DNA of 64,000 bases, taken from Bacillota bacterium (lineage in GTDB: Bacteria > Bacillota > Ch66 > Ch109). Position numbers and translations under genes: made by a program. Where the stretch lies: assembly GCA_050952625.1 (NCBI GenBank), contig JBMNLH010000001.1:992001-1056000 (forward strand), given 5' to 3'. Position 1 is the first letter of the stretch. Each line of letters begins with the position of its first letter. The notes under the pieces are model-generated. The model was not told where the DNA came from and did no database searches. It was given only the letters and a program-made list of their open reading frames with translations. Below, in pieces: positions 58,687-64,000 of this stretch.

Positions 58687-58705
58687 AGGCCCCTAGGGGC
58701 CTTTT
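58687..58705 (+). terminator. Terminator after ABC operon
   Basis: AGGCCCCTAGGGGCCT-TTT. Confidence 0.65.
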
Positions 58706-58850
58706 CATTATAAGCTCTCAATTTTTATGATCAGTTCGGTTTTACCGTAGAGTTGACTGGCTCATTAGGGTATTTCCTTTTTTTCTAATAATAGTTATGT
58801 TATAATACAGGAATGGCGAGATAGGACAGAATTGGTTGCGGGGGAACAGC

Positions 58851-61535
58851 ATGGAGATAATTGTATCCCATAATCATTTAGATTTTGATGGCTTGGCTTC
58901 AATGGTGGCTGCCCAACGATTATATCCCCGGGCAGAGATGGTTTTTGTTGGTGGATTGTCCGGCAATGTGCAGCGTTTCATGTCTTTACACAAAGACTCC
59001 CTAATGATTAAACGGGTTAAAGAAATTCCGCTCGACCGAGTGCGCCGGGTTGTGGTTGTCGATACCAATAGCCCTCGACGTCTAGGTGATTTAGGCAGTT
59101 GGCTTAGAAAGAGTTCAGCGGAGATTCATCTGTATGATCACCATCCGGAGCCGGTAGAACCCTTGAAAGCGACAGTAAAGGTGACCGACACTATTGGAGC
59201 CGCTACAACCCTGCTGGTAGAAAAGATTCGAAAAAGTGGCTTAAGACTGAGCCGCTTTGAAGCAACTTTATTAGCTTTAGGAATCTATGAAGATACCGGC
59301 AGCCTTACCTTTACAACAACCACGGTCCGGGATGTGCGGGCGGTGGCTTACTTGTTGGAGCAGGGGGCCAATCTAGGGATTGTCGCTAATTTTATTGAAT
59401 TATCTTTTACCGATGAGCAGAAGTTTCTTTTCAATCGTCTTCTGTCCTCGGTCCAACATAAAACCATCAACGGAATTGATGTGGTCCTCGCCTCAGCCAG
59501 AAGCGATAAACAAATTGGTAATCTAGATTTTTTAACTCATAAACTTGGAGACATTGAAACTTTTGACGCTTTTTTTACGGTTGTAGAAATGAGCAACCGC
59601 GTATATATAGTGGCCCGTAGTCGAACAGATTCATTGGACGTGGGCGAGGTGTGCGCCATTTTTGGCGGTGGTGGCCATCCCAAGGCTTCCTCTGCGACCA
59701 TAAAGGGTCGTAGCCTTGAATCGGTTCTGGAAGAATTGGAGCGGGTATTGGCGGAAAAAACCCATCCGCCAATTGTGGCGCGTGATATTATGTCCAGCCC
59801 AGTTAAAACAATTCCGATGCATCTTTCTTTAGAAGAAGCCGGTAAAATTATGTTGCGCTATGGCCATACCGGCTTGCCGGTCCTGGAGGACGGTCGGGTG
59901 GTCGGGGTAATCTCCCGTCGTGATGTGGATAAGGGAAGGATACATGGCCTCGGACATTCACCGGTAAAGGGTTACATGAGCCGGAACGTTGTTTCTGTTT
60001 CGCCGGAAACGCCAGTTTCAGAACTTCAATACTTATTGGTCAAGCACGACATTGGGCGACTGCCAGTGATGGAAAATGGTCAACTCATTGGAATTGTCTC
60101 TCGGACGGATATATTAAGAACATTTCATGGTCAGGATTACCCAGAAGACCATATCCTTCTTTATAATAATCAGGCAGCGACGAGTGAATCACTGAGTTGG
60201 TTGGGGAAGAATTGGCGAGATCAAATGCTCAAGGAACTTCCGGTCCAGATTTTTAATATATTAAAGGTAGCCGGCAGTCTGGCGGATGAGCTGGGCATGG
60301 CGGTTTATGTGGTGGGCGGTTTTGTTCGTGACTTATTGTTAGGACAACCAAATTTAGATATGGATCTAGTAGTCGAGGGCCATGGCCCGGATTTTGCCCG
60401 AGCACTGGCTAGTAATCTAGGGGGGAAAGTGCGGGTTCATGAACGTTTCGGGACCGCCATGGTTATTGGACCAGACGGCTCTAGGATTGACGTAGCCACT
60501 GCGCGCATGGAATACTATGAATATCCGGCTGCTTTACCGACCGTAGAACGATCGAATTTGAGACATGATTTATATCGACGCGACTTTACCATTAATGCGA
60601 TGGCTATCCAATTAAACTCGGATCATTTTGGCGATTTAATTGACTTTTTTGGCGGACGAATGGACCTGGAAAGGCGGTTGGTCCGAGTCCTCTATAATTT
60701 AAGCTTTGTTGAGGATCCAACGCGGATTATTCGCGCCATCAGATTTGAACAAAGATTAGGCTTCCAAATCGAAACTCAGACTCTTCAGCTTATCGAAGAC
60801 TCCATTTATCGTGGGTTTCTTAAAGGTCTTTCGGGAGCTAGAATAAGAGAAGAAGTTTCTATTCTATTGAGCGAGGCAGACCCAATTCCCGGTTTGCGTC
60901 GTCTCGTCGACCTAGGGGTAGCCGCTCAGGTATTGCCGGAAGTAAAATTTGATCATCGAATATGGCGGATGCTCGGACGTATTCCTCGAATCCAGGATAA
61001 AGTTCGTTTACTTTTGAGCGAAGAGATAGAAACAAAGGAACCAGCTTCAAACAGGATCTTAAATAAAGAAGCTATCTATTGGATGGTTTTATTTCATCAG
61101 ATCGGCGTAGATAAATTAAATGAGGTAAGCAGTAAGTATCGTCTAAACCGAGCCGTAACTAACTTGATGTTGCTGGCTTATCAAGCCCAAGATCAATTGA
61201 CAAAATTAGGGGGGCGGCCGGGTAAGGTCAAAATGAGTACTATTGATCCTATTTTGCAGGTTTGCCCAGCCGAAGTTTTTATCTTTTTATCAGTTCTTAC
61301 TTCCTCAAGAGCCTGGCAGAATCAGTTGCTGTCTTACCTTAAGCTCAAGAGTCAAGCCCGACCCGAATTAACGGGTAATGATTTAATCAATCTAGGTTTA
61401 AAGCCGGGCCCTCAGTTTAAATCAATCCTTGATCAGATCCGGACAGCCCGGTTGGATGGCTTAATTGAAACCAAGGCGGAAGAACTGAATCTAGTAAAAG
61501 CTATTGTAGCCGGCCAAGAGGAGGCAGTAAAATGA
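58851..61535 (+). CDS. cca: DHH-DHHA1-CBS-nucleotidyltransferase (CCA- or A-adding tRNA nucleotidyltransferase)
   Basis: DFDG, DHH, GGGGH, tandem CBS, VGGFVRD..DMD, RRDFTINA, EDPTRIIR. Confidence 0.88.
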   Translation: MEIIVSHNHLDFDGLASMVAAQRLYPRAEMVFVGGLSGNVQRFMSLHKDSLMIKRVKEIPLDRVRRVVVVDTNSPRRLGDLGSWLRKSSAEIHLYDHHPEPVEPLKATVKVTDTIGAATTLLVEKIRKSGLRLSRFEATLLALGIYEDTGSLTFTTTTVRDVRAVAYLLEQGANLGIVANFIELSFTDEQKFLFNRLLSSVQHKTINGIDVVLASARSDKQIGNLDFLTHKLGDIETFDAFFTVVEMSNRVYIVARSRTDSLDVGEVCAIFGGGGHPKASSATIKGRSLESVLEELERVLAEKTHPPIVARDIMSSPVKTIPMHLSLEEAGKIMLRYGHTGLPVLEDGRVVGVISRRDVDKGRIHGLGHSPVKGYMSRNVVSVSPETPVSELQYLLVKHDIGRLPVMENGQLIGIVSRTDILRTFHGQDYPEDHILLYNNQAATSESLSWLGKNWRDQMLKELPVQIFNILKVAGSLADELGMAVYVVGGFVRDLLLGQPNLDMDLVVEGHGPDFARALASNLGGKVRVHERFGTAMVIGPDGSRIDVATARMEYYEYPAALPTVERSNLRHDLYRRDFTINAMAIQLNSDHFGDLIDFFGGRMDLERRLVRVLYNLSFVEDPTRIIRAIRFEQRLGFQIETQTLQLIEDSIYRGFLKGLSGARIREEVSILLSEADPIPGLRRLVDLGVAAQVLPEVKFDHRIWRMLGRIPRIQDKVRLLLSEEIETKEPASNRILNKEAIYWMVLFHQIGVDKLNEVSSKYRLNRAVTNLMLLAYQAQDQLTKLGGRPGKVKMSTIDPILQVCPAEVFIFLSVLTSSRAWQNQLLSYLKLKSQARPELTGNDLINLGLKPGPQFKSILDQIRTARLDGLIETKAEELNLVKAIVAGQEEAVK

Positions 61536-62191
61536 ATTTTGACCCAACTCACTGGCTTTTAGTGTTACCCGGAATCATCTTGGGATTAACTGTTCACGAA
61601 TATGCCCATGCGCGGGTTGCTGATTATCTGGGAGATTCCACTTCGGCCTATGCTGGAAGGTTGACCCTTAATCCTTTGGCCCATCTTGACCTGATGGGCT
61701 TCCTGATGCTCATGTTAGCCGGGTTTGGCTGGGCGAAACCAGTACCGATAAACCCTTTGAGGTTTCAGGGTAATATGCGAACCGGTATAGCCTTGGTTTC
61801 AATAGCTGGTCCCTTGGCTAATCTGTTAATGGCCTTTACCGGAGCACTTATTTTTTATTTGAGTTTCCCCGGGGGAACCTTTATCGGTCAGACTGGCGGG
61901 AACATAGGGGTTCAGATGTTACTAGGTTTGATCCAGATTAATGTGGTCCTAGCTGTCTTTAACCTAATTCCAGTGCCTCCTCTGGATGGATCTAAAATAC
62001 TAGCCAGCATCCTGCCGCCTCAGAGTGGTAACGCTTTTCTGCAGCTCGAAAGATACGGTCCCCTGATTTTAATTGCTTTGATTTTTTTGGGTGTCATTGG
62101 TAAACTTCTTTTGCCTCTGGTAACCTTAGTGCTGGGGGTAGTGTTTAACAGTGCTGGTTTGATCGCTGGAGCAGTTCTTAAACTTTTTTAG
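61532..62191 (+). CDS. Site-2 protease family (M50) membrane metalloprotease
   Basis: HEYAH, AGPLAN, FNLIPVPPLDG. Confidence 0.93.
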   Translation: MNFDPTHWLLVLPGIILGLTVHEYAHARVADYLGDSTSAYAGRLTLNPLAHLDLMGFLMLMLAGFGWAKPVPINPLRFQGNMRTGIALVSIAGPLANLLMAFTGALIFYLSFPGGTFIGQTGGNIGVQMLLGLIQINVVLAVFNLIPVPPLDGSKILASILPPQSGNAFLQLERYGPLILIALIFLGVIGKLLLPLVTLVLGVVFNSAGLIAGAVLKLF

Positions 62192-62207
62192 TTAGTAATA
62201 GTTTTAG

Positions 62208-62288
62208 TATCGTTTCATTCGAGTGAAGCGAAGAATCCTTCTCACGCTGAGCATTAAGATCTCTTCACTAACGCTCAGAATGACGTAT
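62208..62288 (-). repeat. Palindromic REP-like repeat family C, copy 2
   Basis: Reverse complement ATACGTCATTCTGAGCGTTAGTGAAG...GATTCTTCGCTTCACTCGAATGAAACGATA; colinear with 10665-10745. Confidence 0.85.
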
Positions 62289-62317
62289 AATATTTTTTTA
62301 GAAAGGTAGATGAACCA

Positions 62318-63316
62318 ATGCAACAAGCTGATACCCGGAAAAGATCTTTAAGCGGTATGCGTCCTACCGGCAAACTGCATATTGGCCATTTAAGTGTTCT
62401 GGAAAACTGGGTGCGAATGCAGGAACAGTACGAATGTTTTTTCTTTGTCGCCAATTGGCATGCATTAACCACCGCTTTTGAAGAGACCGAATCTATTCGA
62501 GACAGTATTCGGGAAATGGCTTTGGATTGGTTCAGTGTTGGGATAAATCCAGAGAAAAGTACTGTTTTTATTCAATCGGAAGTAAAAGAGCACGCCGAAC
62601 TTTACCTCTTATTGTCTATGGTTACACCACTGGGCTGGTTGGAACGTTGTCCGACTTATAAGGATCAAATAATTCAGTTGGGTAGTCAGGGCAAGGATAT
62701 TTCAACTCATGGATTTCTTGGTTACCCGGTGTTGATGGCTGCTGACATCCTTTTGTATCGGGCAGATTTGGTACCGGTAGGCGAGGATCAACTGCCGCAT
62801 CTGGAATTAAGTCGGGAAATTGCTCGCCGGTTTAACTACTTGTATGAGAAAAAGGTTTTTACTGAACCCCAGGCTTATCTAGCAGAGGTACCTTTGCTGC
62901 CCGGTGTAGATGGCCGGAAAATGAGCAAAAGTTATAATAACTATATTTCGATCTCAGCTAGCTCAGAAGAAATACAGAATAAGGTTAAACTGATGGTTAC
63001 GGACCCGGCTCGAATTCATAAAACCGACCCGGGACATCCCGAGGTCTGTATCGTCAATACTTATCAAAAACTATATAATGCTCAAGAACACGGGCAAATA
63101 GCTGAAGACTGCCGTCGTGGTCAAATTGGATGTGTAGCGTGTAAAAAACGCCTGGCGTCAAGACTAGATGCTTACCTTTCCCCGTTTCGAGAGAAACGCC
63201 GCAGCCTAGAAAGTCAACCGGGACAAGTCGAAGATATCTTGGCGGAAGGAGCCCGAAAGGCGAGGCTTGAGGCAGAAAAAATGATGGGTGAGGTTCGGGA
63301 GGCAATGCGAGTGTAG
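62318..63316 (+). CDS. trpS: Tryptophanyl-tRNA synthetase
   Basis: SGMRPTGKLHIGH, VPVGEDQ, KMSKS. Confidence 0.97.
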   Translation: MQQADTRKRSLSGMRPTGKLHIGHLSVLENWVRMQEQYECFFFVANWHALTTAFEETESIRDSIREMALDWFSVGINPEKSTVFIQSEVKEHAELYLLLSMVTPLGWLERCPTYKDQIIQLGSQGKDISTHGFLGYPVLMAADILLYRADLVPVGEDQLPHLELSREIARRFNYLYEKKVFTEPQAYLAEVPLLPGVDGRKMSKSYNNYISISASSEEIQNKVKLMVTDPARIHKTDPGHPEVCIVNTYQKLYNAQEHGQIAEDCRRGQIGCVACKKRLASRLDAYLSPFREKRRSLESQPGQVEDILAEGARKARLEAEKMMGEVREAMRV

Positions 63317-64000
63317 TGAACTATTTGCTCAAACTGGATGGTTTTGAGGGGTCCCTGGAGTTGCTGTTACAGTCTATTCGAAAAGCAGAAGTGGATATTA
63401 GCCAGCTAAATGTGTCTGAGATCATATTTCATTATCTGGAATCTATTGCCAATTACTCTGAGCTTGATTTAGACCAGACCAGTCATTTTTTGCTATTAGC
63501 CGCAACTGTTTTACAGATTAAGACGCAGATGGTGTTGCCGCGAACTATCCCTAAAAGTGAGCAAACAGGTAAAGAAACAGATGCGGTAGAAGATTTAGTA
63601 ACCCGGCCTGATTCGGAGGGCCGCTTAAATGAGTATCGACGATTTAGGGAACTGGCTGAAACTCTGGGAGAAAGAGAGGCTGCTTGGGGTAAGGTGTATA
63701 CCCGGACGGCAATGAATGAAGCCCTCATAGAGGGCTTTTCTGCGTCCCTGCCTCCTAGCTCTATTTCTTTGTCTGCTCTATGGGAAGCCCTTAATAAGTT
63801 ATTGGCTGCTCGGGAAGCAACCGAACCGGTTATGGAATTACCAGAGGATCAGGTGACAGTAATAGATCAAATGCAATACATCCTGCAGCGGGCGGGTGAA
63901 TCAGAAAAACCCCTGACCTTTATTGAGTTATTCTCTGAGATGAGAAGATTAGAAGAGATTATCATCGCTTTCTTGGCTTTGCTGGAACTTATCCGCTGTC
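63316..64000 (+). CDS. scpA: Segregation and condensation protein A (3'-truncated by window edge)
   Basis: GTG start overlapping the trpS stop; KLDGFEGSLELLL, FLLLAATVLQIK, FLALLELIR. Confidence 0.9.
   Translation, partial: MNYLLKLDGFEGSLELLLQSIRKAEVDISQLNVSEIIFHYLESIANYSELDLDQTSHFLLLAATVLQIKTQMVLPRTIPKSEQTGKETDAVEDLVTRPDSEGRLNEYRRFRELAETLGEREAAWGKVYTRTAMNEALIEGFSASLPPSSISLSALWEALNKLLAAREATEPVMELPEDQVTVIDQMQYILQRAGESEKPLTFIELFSEMRRLEEIIIAFLALLELIRC

Noticed and set aside
62192-62317. T-box leader upstream of trpS
   Set aside because: The spacer is only ~125 nt and is filled by repeat family C; no T-box GGTGGNACC motif.
149-63728. Numerous 60-130-aa antisense or overlapping ORFs in the track
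   Set aside because: They overlap well-supported genes and lack an RBS or recognisable motifs.

Overview
This 64-kb window comes from an anaerobic, endospore-forming Bacillota (Clostridia sensu lato; Peptococcaceae-like gene order is my inference). Almost all genes lie on the + strand. It is mostly conserved core and sporulation backbone: aroQ-pepP-efp, spoIIIAA-AH, asp23/amaP/nusB, folD-xseAB-ispA, dxs-tlyA-ppnK-recN-spoIVB-spo0A, nudF-spoIIM-xerD-deoB-pdp-dacF-spoIIAA/AB-sigF, dodecin-spoVA, lysA, cca-S2P-trpS-scpA. The main feature missed by the ORF track is a ~590-nt OLE RNA (22811-23397) with its own promoter, followed by oapA; this is a known but mechanistically unresolved RNP. Also present are a complete IS1380 with IRs and a 5-bp TSD, inserted in the last codons of an orphan PAS histidine kinase, and at least three families of short dispersed intergenic repeats. 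A decaying accessory module contains a double-cubane reductase, an activase remnant, a Mop/TOBE gene with two in-frame TGAs, and a NitT/TauT ABC transporter. ppnK is frameshifted, spoVAEa is fused to spoVAF, and spoIIIAF probably starts at CTG. Candidate undescribed elements are a multi-helix RNA between spoIIAA and spoIIAB, a compact terminator/antiterminator leader before lysA, a ~100-nt hairpin after dacF and a 50-aa ORF convergent on spo0A. All calls were made by eye; no database searches or folding programs were run.
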